In this document: positions 36,581 through 46,267 of the stretch, one piece after another | Layout of the letters: every line of letters starts with the position of its first letter | Numbering within the stretch: position 1 is the first letter of the stretch | Source of the DNA: an uncultured Eubacteriales bacterium | Lineage (GTDB): Bacteria > Bacillota > Clostridia > Oscillospirales > CAG-272 | DNA length: 58,108 nt | Assembly: GCA_963614875.1 (NCBI GenBank) | Contig: CAVEFC010000004.1 | Span: forward strand, 1-58,108 | Reading direction: 5' to 3' | Program-made: the position numbers and the translations under genes | Notes under the pieces: generated by a model | What the model was told of the DNA's origin: nothing | The model's input: the letters and a program-made list of their open reading frames with translations, nothing else | The model's database searches: none

Positions 36581-37350
36581 AGGCATATTCTCTTTTTTCG
36601 GGATCGTCGGGCAACTGCTTTTTTGTACATACCGAAAGCACGCGTCTTCTCATAGATTGCGGCGTAAGCGCGAAATGCGCCGAAAAAGCCTTGCAATCGC
36701 TTGGTTTTTCGCTTTCGGACATAAACGCGATACTTGTCACGCACGAGCATATCGATCATACAAAGGGACTTGAAGTGATAGCAAAAAACTATCATATTCC
36801 CACGCATATGGAGGAGCTTTCCGCGCGCGCGCTGATAAAGGATCCGTCCTGTGCGCTGCTGCGCGAGCTGTATCTTTATCGCGGAGATTTTGAAATAAAG
36901 GTCGGCGATATTTCCGTCCGCGCCTTTGCCACTCCGCACGACAGCGCCGCCTCCGTAGGCTATACGCTCGAATCGGGCGATGTAAAAATAGGCTTTGCAA
37001 CGGATATGGGCTGTATAATGCCGTCCGTGCGCGAGGCGCTTTCGGGGTGCAGAGCGTCGGTTATAGAAGCAAATCACGACGTGAATATGCTGAGGTGCGG
37101 ACCTTATCCGTATCCGCTGAAACAACGCGTGCTTTCCGACCGCGGCCATCTGTCAAACGACGCGTCGGCAGAGCTTGTATATTCCCTTGCGGAAAGCGGA
37201 ACGACCGGCTTTCTGCTCGGACATCTCTCAAAGGAAAACAACACTCCGACGCTTGCGCTCGGCACGGTAAGAGCCGCGCTCGGCGAAAATTCCGGCGTGA
37301 CGGTGTCGGCGGCAGCTCCCGCCGAAATTTCGGAGCTTATAATAAAATGA
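36577..37350 (+). CDS. MBL-fold metallo-hydrolase (YycJ/WalJ-like)
   Basis: The TTG at 36577 overlaps the upstream stop. Motifs VTHEHIDHTKG, ATPHD and GHLS. Confidence 0.85.
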   Translation: MKAYSLFSGSSGNCFFVHTESTRLLIDCGVSAKCAEKALQSLGFSLSDINAILVTHEHIDHTKGLEVIAKNYHIPTHMEELSARALIKDPSCALLRELYLYRGDFEIKVGDISVRAFATPHDSAASVGYTLESGDVKIGFATDMGCIMPSVREALSGCRASVIEANHDVNMLRCGPYPYPLKQRVLSDRGHLSNDASAELVYSLAESGTTGFLLGHLSKENNTPTLALGTVRAALGENSGVTVSAAAPAEISELIIK

Positions 37351-37829
37351 CAACGATAAATCTTATTTATGTAGGCAACATCAGGGAAAATTATCTTCTT
37401 GCGGCGGCTGCGGAATACGAAAAACGCCTTTCGGCGTATTGCAGACTCGTCTGCACCGAGCTGCGCGAGGAAAAGCTCCCCGACGAGCCGTCGCAGGCGC
37501 AGATAGACGCCGCGATAAAAAAAGAGGGCGAGAGAATTCTCGCCGTTCTGCCGCAGAAAAGCAAAAAAATCGCGCTCTGCGTCGAAGGAAAGCAGATTTC
37601 CTCCGAGGAGCTTTCCGCAATGATAAAGGACGCGGAAAACGCGGGCTTTTCACAGCTTTCGTTTATAATCGGCGGAGCGTTCGGGCTTTCGCCGGAGGTG
37701 AAAAGCGCGTGCGATTTCAGGCTTTCGCTTTCAAAAATGACCTTTACGCACCGTATGGCGCGCGTGCTTCTGCTCGAACAGATATATCGCGCGGAAAACA
37801 TAGCGGCAGGCGGAAAATATCACAAATAA
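37347..37829 (+). CDS. rlmH: 23S rRNA (pseudouridine1915-N3)-methyltransferase RlmH
   Basis: 160 aa SPOUT protein with the ending IIGGAFGLS...LSLSKMTFTHRMARVLLLEQIYRA. The ATG overlaps the upstream stop. Confidence 0.9.
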   Translation: MTTINLIYVGNIRENYLLAAAAEYEKRLSAYCRLVCTELREEKLPDEPSQAQIDAAIKKEGERILAVLPQKSKKIALCVEGKQISSEELSAMIKDAENAGFSQLSFIIGGAFGLSPEVKSACDFRLSLSKMTFTHRMARVLLLEQIYRAENIAAGGKYHK

Positions 37830-37842
37830 AGGACTTCTTTTT

Positions 37843-39771
37843 ATGGAATATCTTGCAGGAACGGCGGACGTAGCCGTAATAGGAGCGGGACACGCCGGCG
37901 TCGAAGCCGCGCTTGCCTGCGCCAGACTCGGCTGCGACACCGTGCTTTTCACAATATCAAACGACGCTGTGGCAAATATGCCGTGCAACCCATCGATAGG
38001 TGGCACGGGAAAAGGTCAGCTTGTGTTTGAAATAGACGCCCTCGGCGGAGAAATGGGCAGAGCCGCCGACAAAGTTATGCTTCAGGACAGGGTTCTCAAT
38101 TCAAGCAAGGGGCCTGCGGTACAGTCTAAGCGTATTCAGGCGGACAGACGGCTTTATCAGAGCGTGATGAAGAAAACCATCGAACACACGGACAAGCTCC
38201 GTCTTGTTCAGGCGGAAATCCGCGAAATCCGCACCGAAGAAAAAAACGGTATGCCCTCGGTCTGCTCGGTGGTGACAAGGCTTTCCGGCGTATGGAACGT
38301 AAAAGCCGCCGTTGTCTGCTCCGGAACTTATCTCGATTCGCGCGTTATCATAGGCGAGGTTATGTATTCGTCCGGACCTGACGGAATGCACGCCGCGGTC
38401 GGACTTACGGATTCGCTGAAAAAGCTCGGACTGCGCTTCCTGCGCTTCAAAACAGGCACTCCGCCGCGTCTTGACGCAAGAAGCATCGATTTTTCCGTGC
38501 TGGAACGTCAGGACGGCGAAAAAATAATGAAGCCGTACAGCGCGGATACAGATCCCGCCGCGCTTTTGTCGCGTCCTAATCTTCCCTGCTATATTGCATA
38601 CACAAACGAAGAAACCCACCGCATAATAAGGGAAAATATTCACCGTTCTCCGCTTTACAGCGGCGAAATAAAGGGCATCGGCCCGCGCTATTGCCCCAGC
38701 ATTGAGGATAAGGTCGTTCGTTTTCCCGACAAAACGCGACACCAGCTGTTTGTCGAGCCCACGGGCGACGGCACGGGAGAAATGTATCTGCAGGGATTTT
38801 CCTCGTCTATGCCGGCGGATGTTCAGCTTATGATGCTCCGCTCGATGAAGGGCTTTGAGCACGCGGAAACGATGCGCAACGCCTACGCCATAGAATATGA
38901 CTGCATAGATCCGACGCAGCTTTCCCATACACTGAAATTCAAAGCCGTGGACGGACTTTTCGGCGCAGGACAGTTCAACGGCACCTCCGGCTATGAGGAG
39001 GCTGCCGCTCAGGGACTTGTCGCCGGAATAAACGCGGCGCTGTGGGTAAAAGGCAAGGAAATGATAACCCTTCCCCGCCACAGCTCGTATATCGGCACGC
39101 TTATAGACGATCTTGTCGTAAAAGGCACAAACGAGCCTTACAGAATGATGACCTCGCGTTCCGAATTCCGTCTGCTTCTCCGTCAGGACAACGCGGACAG
39201 ACGTCTTACCGAGATCGGACACAGAATCGGGCTTATAAGCGAGGAAAGATACGAAAAATTCAAGGAAAAGCAGGCGCTTATCGACAAAGAGGAGGAACGG
39301 CTGAGCCGCACGGTGCTTTCTCCCACGCCGGAACTCAACGCAATTCTCGAAAGCGCCGGAGAAACGCCCGTAAAAACAGGTCTGCGCCTTGCCGAAGCGA
39401 TAAGACGTCCGACAGTGACGTACAAAATGCTCGCTCCCGTGGACAAAGACCGTCCAATTCTTCCCGATGAAGTCGTTTTCACGGCGGTGACCGACATAAA
39501 ATACGACGGCTACATCAAAAAACAGCTTGCGGAAGCCGAAAAATTCGAAAAGCTCGAAAAACGTCTGCTCCCCGACGGCACGGATTTTGCGCGCATAAGA
39601 GGTTTAAGCACGGAAGCGGCGCAGAAGCTGAATCTTCACAAGCCGAAAAGCATCGGCGAAGCGTCAAGAATTTCCGGCGTAAGCCCCGCGGATATCGCCG
39701 TGCTGCTCATTTATCTCGATTCGATATCGGGCGACAGGCGCAGACATACAAAGCAAGAGGACGAAAAATGA
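37843..39771 (+). CDS. mnmG: tRNA uridine 5-carboxymethylaminomethyl modification enzyme MnmG (GidA)
   Basis: 642 aa. FAD motif VIGAGHAGVEAA and GidA-type sequence throughout. Confidence 0.95.
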   Translation: MEYLAGTADVAVIGAGHAGVEAALACARLGCDTVLFTISNDAVANMPCNPSIGGTGKGQLVFEIDALGGEMGRAADKVMLQDRVLNSSKGPAVQSKRIQADRRLYQSVMKKTIEHTDKLRLVQAEIREIRTEEKNGMPSVCSVVTRLSGVWNVKAAVVCSGTYLDSRVIIGEVMYSSGPDGMHAAVGLTDSLKKLGLRFLRFKTGTPPRLDARSIDFSVLERQDGEKIMKPYSADTDPAALLSRPNLPCYIAYTNEETHRIIRENIHRSPLYSGEIKGIGPRYCPSIEDKVVRFPDKTRHQLFVEPTGDGTGEMYLQGFSSSMPADVQLMMLRSMKGFEHAETMRNAYAIEYDCIDPTQLSHTLKFKAVDGLFGAGQFNGTSGYEEAAAQGLVAGINAALWVKGKEMITLPRHSSYIGTLIDDLVVKGTNEPYRMMTSRSEFRLLLRQDNADRRLTEIGHRIGLISEERYEKFKEKQALIDKEEERLSRTVLSPTPELNAILESAGETPVKTGLRLAEAIRRPTVTYKMLAPVDKDRPILPDEVVFTAVTDIKYDGYIKKQLAEAEKFEKLEKRLLPDGTDFARIRGLSTEAAQKLNLHKPKSIGEASRISGVSPADIAVLLIYLDSISGDRRRHTKQEDEK

Positions 39772-40511
39772 ATTACGACACCTTCTCCGCCGCGCTTGAA
39801 CAAACGTTCGTAATAAACGGATTGTCCTTGCGGTTGCAGGAAAATCAAAGGGAACAATTGTTCGACGCCACAAATCTGATACTTGAAAAAAACAAGGTTA
39901 TGAACCTTACCGCAATATGCTCGGAAAACGAATTTATTTCGCGCCACTGGGCAGATGCGCTCACCGCCGCCGGATTTATTCCGGACAGCGCTTCCTTGCT
40001 CGACGTCGGAACGGGCGGCGGAATTCTCGCGCTGGCTTATGCGATCGTCCGCCCCGACATATCCGTGCTTGCGATGGATTCCACAGCGAAAAAAACCGAT
40101 TTCGTTGCGGAATGTGCGTCCGCCATCGGACTGAAAAACCTGAAAGTCGTATCGGGGCGCGCCGAAGAGCTTTCAAAGGACAAAAAATACCGCGGACAAT
40201 CTGACGTCGTGACGGCTCGCGCCGTCGCCGCAATGCCCGTGCTTTCCGAGCTTTGTCTGCCGTTTGTCCGCACGGGCGGAATTTTCTGCGCTCTCAAAGG
40301 CAAAAACGGCGCGGATGAGCTTTCCGCATCTCTTTCCGCAATAAAAACGCTCGGCGGAAAAGTTTCGGAGGATAAATTCATTCAGCTCAAAGAAATCACG
40401 CCCGAAGGAATCATATCGTCCGACAGACACATTCTGATTATAGAAAAAATTTCAAAAACCTCGGATATTTATCCGCGAAGATACGCGCAAATAACCAAAA
40501 ATCCGCTCTGA
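39768..40511 (+). CDS. rsmG: 16S rRNA (guanine527-N7)-methyltransferase RsmG (GidB)
   Basis: 247 aa. SAM motif LLDVGTGGGILAL. Overlaps the mnmG stop by 4 nt. Confidence 0.92.
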   Translation: MNYDTFSAALEQTFVINGLSLRLQENQREQLFDATNLILEKNKVMNLTAICSENEFISRHWADALTAAGFIPDSASLLDVGTGGGILALAYAIVRPDISVLAMDSTAKKTDFVAECASAIGLKNLKVVSGRAEELSKDKKYRGQSDVVTARAVAAMPVLSELCLPFVRTGGIFCALKGKNGADELSASLSAIKTLGGKVSEDKFIQLKEITPEGIISSDRHILIIEKISKTSDIYPRRYAQITKNPL

Positions 40512-40619
40512 TACGGCGGTCGCTTCAACATATCGGCACGAAAAACAACGCTTCGACGGCGTGTTTTTCGTGTTTTTTGTTTTTATCCGTGATATTATCA
40601 GCATATGGAGGTGATACGA

Positions 40620-41192
40620 ATGGACAAGCCTTCGCGCGAAAATAAAGCCGGCTCGGATATTGCTCTCCCTTCCGAAGCACGAGATGTACGGCTTATAAAG
40701 CTCTCAGACATTTATCCCGACCCCCTCCGAAAGCCGGGAAAATATGACAGCTCGGAGCTTTGCGTTATCGCGCGGGGATTTTTGCGGCACGGAATCGGAT
40801 TTCCGATAACCGCCGCCGAAATACCTGAGCTTAAAAACAAGTTTATGCTTATTTCGGGTGAGAAAATCTTCCGTGCCGCGCTTATTGCCGGTCTGAAACG
40901 GCTTCCGTGCATAATTTCCGATGAATATCCGCGTCGCTTGCCGGAGCGTCGCACATCGGAAGAACCGCCGGAAAAGCCGTGCGTCGTCCCGGCTCCCGTA
41001 AACGCTTCGGTCGGTGCCTCTCCGCCGCCCAAAAGCAAAATAGCGATAAAGGATCCCCGTTTTTTCTTCAATTCCGTCTATCACGCGGTAGACCTGATGA
41101 AGCAGAGCGGAATTCCCGTATCTTGCGGAACGCGGGACGACGACGGGCAAACCGTTCTGATCATCACCGTACCCAAATCTCCTCCTATATAG
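40620..41192 (+). CDS. ParB N-terminal-domain protein (Noc/Spo0J paralogue) with degenerate arginine patch
   Basis: 190 aa from the ATG served by GGAGGTG. ISGEKIFRAALIAGLKRLPCII stands where canonical ParB has GERRWRAA. No clear HTH follows. Confidence 0.65.
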   Translation: MDKPSRENKAGSDIALPSEARDVRLIKLSDIYPDPLRKPGKYDSSELCVIARGFLRHGIGFPITAAEIPELKNKFMLISGEKIFRAALIAGLKRLPCIISDEYPRRLPERRTSEEPPEKPCVVPAPVNASVGASPPPKSKIAIKDPRFFFNSVYHAVDLMKQSGIPVSCGTRDDDGQTVLIITVPKSPPI

Positions 41193-41205
41193 CGTAAGGC
41201 AGAAA

Positions 41206-41221
41206 TGTTCCACGTGGAACC
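41206..41221. promoter_or_regulatory. parS site 1 (TGTTCCACGTGGAACC)
   Basis: 15 of 16 positions match the Firmicute parS consensus TGTTNCACGTGAAACA. The central 12-mer is a perfect palindrome. Confidence 0.8.
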
Positions 41222-41241
41222 GCGGCGCAGGCAAAGCGTAG

Positions 41242-41257
41242 CGTTCCACGTGGAACA
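41242..41257. promoter_or_regulatory. parS site 2 (CGTTCCACGTGGAACA)
   Basis: This is the mirror copy. Together with site 1 it forms an 18-bp perfect inverted repeat (41203-41220 / 41243-41260) followed by a T-run. Confidence 0.8.
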
Positions 41258-41370
41258 TTTTTCTTTTTATCTTTTTCGCCTGTCATATGTTTTTCCCGAT
41301 TATACTTGACTTTAAGCCGTCGCGGTGATATAATTTTTACATTACCCGAAAACGCAAAGGAGCAGCGCCT

Positions 41371-42132
41371 ATGGCGAAAATAATATCGTTTGCAAATCAG
41401 AAGGGCGGCGTGGGAAAAACAACGTCAGCCATAAATATCGCCGCAGGCACGGGACTCAAGGGCAAAAAAACGCTCTTGCTCGACTGCGATCCTCAGGGCA
41501 ACGCGTCAAGCGGCGTCGGAATAAGAAAATCGCGCACGGGAGCAACGACCTACGACATACTGATAGGCAGAGCGCGCGCGGAAGACGCGATAATAAAAAC
41601 CGATTTTGAAAATCTTTTTGTGCTTCCGTCAAGTATGCCGCTCGCGGCGGCGGAGCTTGAGCTTGCCGCCCTCGAAAACCGTGCTTTCAGGCTGAAAAAT
41701 GCGCTCGAAAGCGTAAAAAACGATTATGATTACATTTTTATAGACTGTCCGCCCTCGCTCGGAATGCTTACGATAAACGCGCTGACGGCAAGCGACGGCG
41801 TTATCGTGCCGATGCAATGCGAATATTTTTCGCTCGAAGGGCTTACGCAGATACTCTCAACCGTAAAGCAGGTAAAAAGACTGTATAATCCGCAGCTTTC
41901 GCTCACGGGAATTCTCATAACAATGCACAACGGAAGGCTGAATCTTTCCGTTCAGGTGCTTGACGAGCTGAAAAAGCATTATGCGGACAAGCTGTTTTCC
42001 ACGCCCGTGTCGCGCAATGTAAGACTTTGCGAGGCGCCGAGCTTCGGAATGCCGATACAGTATTACGATAAATATTCAAAGGGAAGCTCCGCTTACGACG
42101 ATATCGTGAAAGAGCTTCTCGAAAGGACATAG
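41371..42132 (+). CDS. soj: chromosome partitioning ATPase ParA/Soj
   Basis: 253 aa. Deviant Walker A NQKGGVGKTT. Confidence 0.93.
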   Translation: MAKIISFANQKGGVGKTTSAINIAAGTGLKGKKTLLLDCDPQGNASSGVGIRKSRTGATTYDILIGRARAEDAIIKTDFENLFVLPSSMPLAAAELELAALENRAFRLKNALESVKNDYDYIFIDCPPSLGMLTINALTASDGVIVPMQCEYFSLEGLTQILSTVKQVKRLYNPQLSLTGILITMHNGRLNLSVQVLDELKKHYADKLFSTPVSRNVRLCEAPSFGMPIQYYDKYSKGSSAYDDIVKELLERT

Positions 42133-42146
42133 AAAGGGGAGATCAC

Positions 42147-43013
42147 ATGGCAAAACCAAAGCTGACCGGACTCGGCAGAGGGCTTGACGCCATTCTTGTT
42201 GACAGCGATTATTCGTCGGGCGACAGCATCACTTCGGTGAGAATAAACGACGTTGAGCCGAACAAAAATCAGCCGCGAAAGCTTTTTCAGCAGGAAGAGC
42301 TCGAAGCCCTGTCGGATTCAATAATAAAATACGGGGTAATTTCTCCGATAACGGTAAGACAGGCAGGGGACAGATACATTATCATCGCGGGAGAAAGACG
42401 CTGGCGCGCCGCAAGAATGGCGGGACTTTCCGAAATTCCGGTGATAATAATCAGCGCCGACGATAAAAAAGCCGCGGAAATAGCGCTTGTCGAAAACATT
42501 CAGCGCTCGGATCTCAATCCCGTGGAGGAGGCGCAGGCGTATGCCGCGCTTATAGAGCAGTACGGACTTACGCAGGAAGAAGTCGCGGGACAGATAGGGA
42601 AGAGCCGCAGCTCCGTAACAAACTCTCTCAGACTTCTCGAGCTTCCGGACGCGGCGCTCGCATTGCTTGCGGCAGGGAAGCTTTCCGCAGGTCACGCGAA
42701 GGTGCTTCTGGGAATAAAGGACGCAAAAAAGCTTGCGGAAGCCGCGCAGAAGGTGGTTGACGGCGAGCTTTCCGTAAGAGAAACGGAAAAGCTTGTAAAA
42801 CAGCTCTGCGCTCCGCCCAAGCCCGAAAAGGAACTCCCGCCGATAGATTACACAAGAGCGCTTGAAACAGCTGTTCAGGATAAAATCGGTAGGACAGTAA
42901 AAATTAAACAAAACGGCGCAAAAAGCAGTATAACGATAGGCTTTTCGGACAACAATGACCTTGAAGTCGTGCTTCGTTTGCTTTGCGGCGATGATTTTGT
43001 AAATTCTCTTTAA
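42147..43013 (+). CDS. spo0J: chromosome partitioning protein ParB/Spo0J
   Basis: 288 aa. Canonical IIAGERRWRAARMAG box, an HTH (LTQEEVAGQIGKSRSSVTNSLRLL) and a C-terminal dimerisation region. Confidence 0.93.
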   Translation: MAKPKLTGLGRGLDAILVDSDYSSGDSITSVRINDVEPNKNQPRKLFQQEELEALSDSIIKYGVISPITVRQAGDRYIIIAGERRWRAARMAGLSEIPVIIISADDKKAAEIALVENIQRSDLNPVEEAQAYAALIEQYGLTQEEVAGQIGKSRSSVTNSLRLLELPDAALALLAAGKLSAGHAKVLLGIKDAKKLAEAAQKVVDGELSVRETEKLVKQLCAPPKPEKELPPIDYTRALETAVQDKIGRTVKIKQNGAKSSITIGFSDNNDLEVVLRLLCGDDFVNSL

Positions 43014-43034
43014 CAAAGAAAGGATACAGATAAA

Positions 43035-44315
43035 ATGCTTGATATCAGACTTATAAAGGAAAATCCGCAGAACGTTATAGACCGTCTTCGCGCGAAGGGC
43101 AGGGAAGCCGAAGCCGACATTTACCGCGTTATAGAGCTTGACGCAAAGCGTCGCGAGCTTATCGCGTCCAGCGAAGCGCTCAAAGCGGAGCAGAACAAAA
43201 CCACAAAGCTTGTTCCCGTCTACAAAAAAGAGGGAAAGGATTGCGCGCCCATATTTGCTCAGATGAAGGAGCTCGGCGCAAAGGTAAAGGAGCAGGAGGA
43301 GGAGCTTAAGCAGGTTGAAACCGAATACAATTCGATTATGCTTTCGTTCCCGAACCTGCCCGATCCCGACGTTGTTCCCGGCGGAAAAGAAAACAATCAG
43401 CCTCTTTATTACTTCGGCGAGCCGAGAAAATTCGACTTCGAGCCAAAAAATCACGTCGATCTTTGCACAAATCTCGGACTTATCGACTATCCGCGCGGCG
43501 TAAAGCTCTCCGGAAACGGCTTCTGGATATATCGCGGAATGGGCGCAAGGCTTGAATGGGCGCTGCTCAACTACTTTATCGACACGCACCTCAGCCACGG
43601 CTTTGAGCTTGTTCTCGTGCCGCATATGCTCGGCTACGAATGCGGACTTACCGCAGGTCAGTTCCCGAAATTCGAGGACGAGGTTTACTGGCTCGACGTC
43701 GCCGAGGACGAACGCCGTCGTTTTATGCTCCCCACAGCCGAAACGGCACTCGTTTCGCTCCACCGCGACGAAATTCTGAAGGAATCCGAGCTTCCCAAAA
43801 AATATATCAGCTACACGCCGTGCTTCCGCAGAGAAGCCGGCAGCTATCGCGCAGACGAGCGCGGAATGGTTCGCGGACATCAGTTCAACAAGGTTGAAAT
43901 GGTTCAGTACACGCTTCCCGAGGACAGCGACAGAGCCTTTGAAGAGCTTGTTTCCTGCGCGGAAGGGCTTGTAAAGGGACTCGGCTTCCATTTCCGTACA
44001 GTAAAGCTTGCGGCAGGCGACTGCTCGGCGTCAATGGCGCGCACCTACGATATAGAAATTCAGATCCCCTCGATGAACGGCTATAAAGAGGTCAGCTCCG
44101 TTTCCAACGCGCGCGACTATCAGGCGCGTCGCGGAGCTATCCGTTTCAAACGCGAGGACAGCGGAAAGATAGAATTCTGCCACACGCTCAACGGCTCGGG
44201 ACTTGCCACAAGCCGTATTCTTCCCGCGCTTGTTGAACAGAATCAGAACGCCGACGGCAGCGTAACCGTTCCCGAAGTTCTCCGCAAGTATGTGGGAACA
44301 GACAGAATAGGCTGA
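43035..44315 (+). CDS. serS: seryl-tRNA synthetase
   Basis: 426 aa. N-terminal coiled-coil arm and class II motifs (..FRREAGS.., ..GSGLATSR..). Confidence 0.95.
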   Translation: MLDIRLIKENPQNVIDRLRAKGREAEADIYRVIELDAKRRELIASSEALKAEQNKTTKLVPVYKKEGKDCAPIFAQMKELGAKVKEQEEELKQVETEYNSIMLSFPNLPDPDVVPGGKENNQPLYYFGEPRKFDFEPKNHVDLCTNLGLIDYPRGVKLSGNGFWIYRGMGARLEWALLNYFIDTHLSHGFELVLVPHMLGYECGLTAGQFPKFEDEVYWLDVAEDERRRFMLPTAETALVSLHRDEILKESELPKKYISYTPCFRREAGSYRADERGMVRGHQFNKVEMVQYTLPEDSDRAFEELVSCAEGLVKGLGFHFRTVKLAAGDCSASMARTYDIEIQIPSMNGYKEVSSVSNARDYQARRGAIRFKREDSGKIEFCHTLNGSGLATSRILPALVEQNQNADGSVTVPEVLRKYVGTDRIG

Positions 44316-44316
44316 T

Positions 44317-44808
44317 ATGGGCGGATTTTCTGAATTATTCGATTCGGTAAGGACGTCCGGCGACGTAAAGATTACCTTCCGGTTCGTTTTGTGGGCGCTT
44401 ATTTTCGGCGTTATAATATCGTGGATAATAATTATCTATAACAGAAAAATAATCGGCGCTTTTGTCCGCGCGATAATTTCGTCGGGCGCGACATCACGGG
44501 AAACGGCAAAAACCTTGGTCGAAATAGAGCAGGAGCATAACGTCAGCGCGATTTCGCATTACAGACGCTCCGCCGCGCTGCAGAGAATTGTATTTATCGC
44601 GGACGAAGGCGGACATTCTCAGGAAAGCGACAAAAAGAAGCGCTCCGTGACGGTTGACGAAAACACGCGCTTCTACATTCCGGAGGATATGCTTTTCCGC
44701 GCAGAAAAGCAGTACGGGGAAGAGGAGCACGGCGTGCTTTCGATAGTGCTCGGAACGGTGGCGATAATAATTGCCGGCGTTATAATAACTTATATTTCAC
44801 TGACATAA
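44317..44808 (+). CDS. membrane protein, unknown function (163 aa)
   Basis: Two TM segments, one at each end. Starts 1 nt after the serS stop. Confidence 0.6.
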   Translation: MGGFSELFDSVRTSGDVKITFRFVLWALIFGVIISWIIIIYNRKIIGAFVRAIISSGATSRETAKTLVEIEQEHNVSAISHYRRSAALQRIVFIADEGGHSQESDKKKRSVTVDENTRFYIPEDMLFRAEKQYGEEEHGVLSIVLGTVAIIIAGVIITYISLT

Positions 44809-44906
44809 AAACTGCGTGTATCTTCTCCGCGGAAGCGGGGGAGATACGCTTTTCCCGCACCCGTCGGCGCAAAATACGAAAAAAGGCGGTTTTTTTCACG
44901 AAAACC

Positions 44907-44934
44907 TTGAATTGTGGGATTTTTGTGGTATACT
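44907..44934 (+). promoter_or_regulatory. promoter for the pheST leader (TTGAAT-16-TGgTATACT)
   Basis: TTGAAT at 44907-44912, TATACT at 44929-44934, with an extended -10 TG. Confidence 0.6.
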
Positions 44935-44940
44935 GATAAG

Positions 44941-45208
44941 GTAAATATCATTATAAAAGGCTGTGATGAAGCGGCTTTTTGCGTATAAACGGTTACAGAG
45001 AGCGTCCGACGAGGCTGAAAGCGGCGCACCGCGACGCAGATTATGCCTTTCGCTTCGGAGCTTTTTCCGTGAAAACAAAAGTAGCGGAAAACGGCTTGTC
45101 CCCGTTAAAAGACTTACAAAGCGTCCGCCGTAAAGGCGGAAATCGTGGGTGGTACCGCGGAGCTTGCTGCTTCGTCCCTTTTTTGTGGGGCGGAGCTTAT
45201 TTTTTTTG
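44941..45208 (+). promoter_or_regulatory. T-box riboswitch leader (Phe specifier) with terminator
   Basis: AGAGAG box, UUC-containing loop region (CCTTTCGCTTCGG), T-box sequence AATCGTGGGTGGTACCGCGG at 45141-45160, and terminator GCTTCGTCCC/GGGGCGGAGC (45169-45196) plus a U-run. It lies directly upstream of pheS. Confidence 0.88.
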
Positions 45209-45239
45209 CAAACGTAAATATTTTGAAAGGACTTTTTAT

Positions 45240-46250
45240 ATGAAAGAACTACTTGAAAAAATCAGGCAGGACGCGCTTTCCGCGCTGAACGGCGACGAAA
45301 GCTCGGAATCCATCAGAATCCGTTTTCTCGGTAAAAAGGGCGAGCTTACCTCCGTGCTTCGCGGAATGGGCGCCGTCGCTCCCGAGGACAGACCGAAAAT
45401 GGGACAGCTTGTAAACGAAGTAAGAGAAAAAATCGAAGCGGCGATCGCCGAAAAGGCGGAGCGCGAAAAGAAAGCCGCGCTCGACGCCAGACTGAAGGCG
45501 GAAAAAATCGACGTTACCGTTCCCGGAGACGACCTTTCTACCGGAAAGCGTCATCCGCTGGCGCAGACAGAGGCGCTTATCCGCGAAATTTTCATAGGAA
45601 TGGGCTTTTCGGTTGTCGAAGGTCCGGAGGTGGAATACGATTACTACAACTTTGAAGCGCTCAATCTGCCGAAAAATCATCCGGCGCGCGACACTCAGGA
45701 TACATTCTATATAACCGACAACATTCTGCTCCGTTCGCAGACCTCTCCCGTTCAGGTAAGAACGATGGAGAACACAAAGCCTCCGATAAGAGTTATTTCC
45801 CCCGGCAGAGTTTACCGTGCCGATCCCGCCGACGCAACCCATTCGCCGATATTCCATCAGTGCGAGGGACTTGTCGTTGACAAGGGAATAACAATGGGCG
45901 ATCTCAAGGGCGTGCTTGAGCTTTTCGCAAAGAAAATGTTCGGCGAGGATACGAAAATCCGTTTCCGTCCGCATCATTTCCCGTTCACAGAGCCTTCCGC
46001 CGAAGTCGATGTTTCCTGCTGGGAATGCGGCGGCAAGGGCTGCCGTCTGTGCAAGGGCGAGGGCTGGATAGAAATTCTCGGCGCGGGAATGGTTCATCCG
46101 TTCGTGCTTTCAAACTGCGGCATAGACCCCGAGGTTTATTCCGGTTTCGCTTTCGGAATGGGCATTGAAAGAGTTGCTCTTTGCCGGCTCGGTATAGACG
46201 ATATGCGTATGCTCTACGAAAACGACGTGAGATTCCTTTCTCAATTCTGA
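45240..46250 (+). CDS. pheS: phenylalanyl-tRNA synthetase alpha subunit
   Basis: 336 aa from the ATG at 45240. The track ORF extends artificially into the T-box leader. PheS motifs (..[12 protein letters not shown].., ..GAGMVHP..). Confidence 0.95.
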   Translation: MKELLEKIRQDALSALNGDESSESIRIRFLGKKGELTSVLRGMGAVAPEDRPKMGQLVNEVREKIEAAIAEKAEREKKAALDARLKAEKIDVTVPGDDLSTGKRHPLAQTEALIREIFIGMGFSVVEGPEVEYDYYNFEALNLPKNHPARDTQDTFYITDNILLRSQTSPVQVRTMENTKPPIRVISPGRVYRADPADATHSPIFHQCEGLVVDKGITMGDLKGVLELFAKKMFGEDTKIRFRPHHFPFTEPSAEVDVSCWECGGKGCRLCKGEGWIEILGAGMVHPFVLSNCGIDPEVYSGFAFGMGIERVALCRLGIDDMRMLYENDVRFLSQF

Positions 46251-46267
46251 TAAGGAGGATTTAACAG

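Noticed and set aside
42318-43991. 557-aa ORF on the minus strand, antisense to spo0J and serS
   Set aside because: It lies entirely opposite two unmistakable housekeeping genes. Its translation is Arg/Phe/Leu/Cys-rich with no motifs and no RBS. This is a typical shadow ORF of GC-biased coding sequence.
44979-45239. Upstream extension of the pheS ORF, with analogous extensions 37047-37346 (rlmH), 36421-36576 (MBL hydrolase) and 36062-36130
   Set aside because: The pheS extension covers the T-box leader and its terminator. The others overlap the preceding genes, and the conserved proteins start at the internal start codons that overlap the upstream stops.
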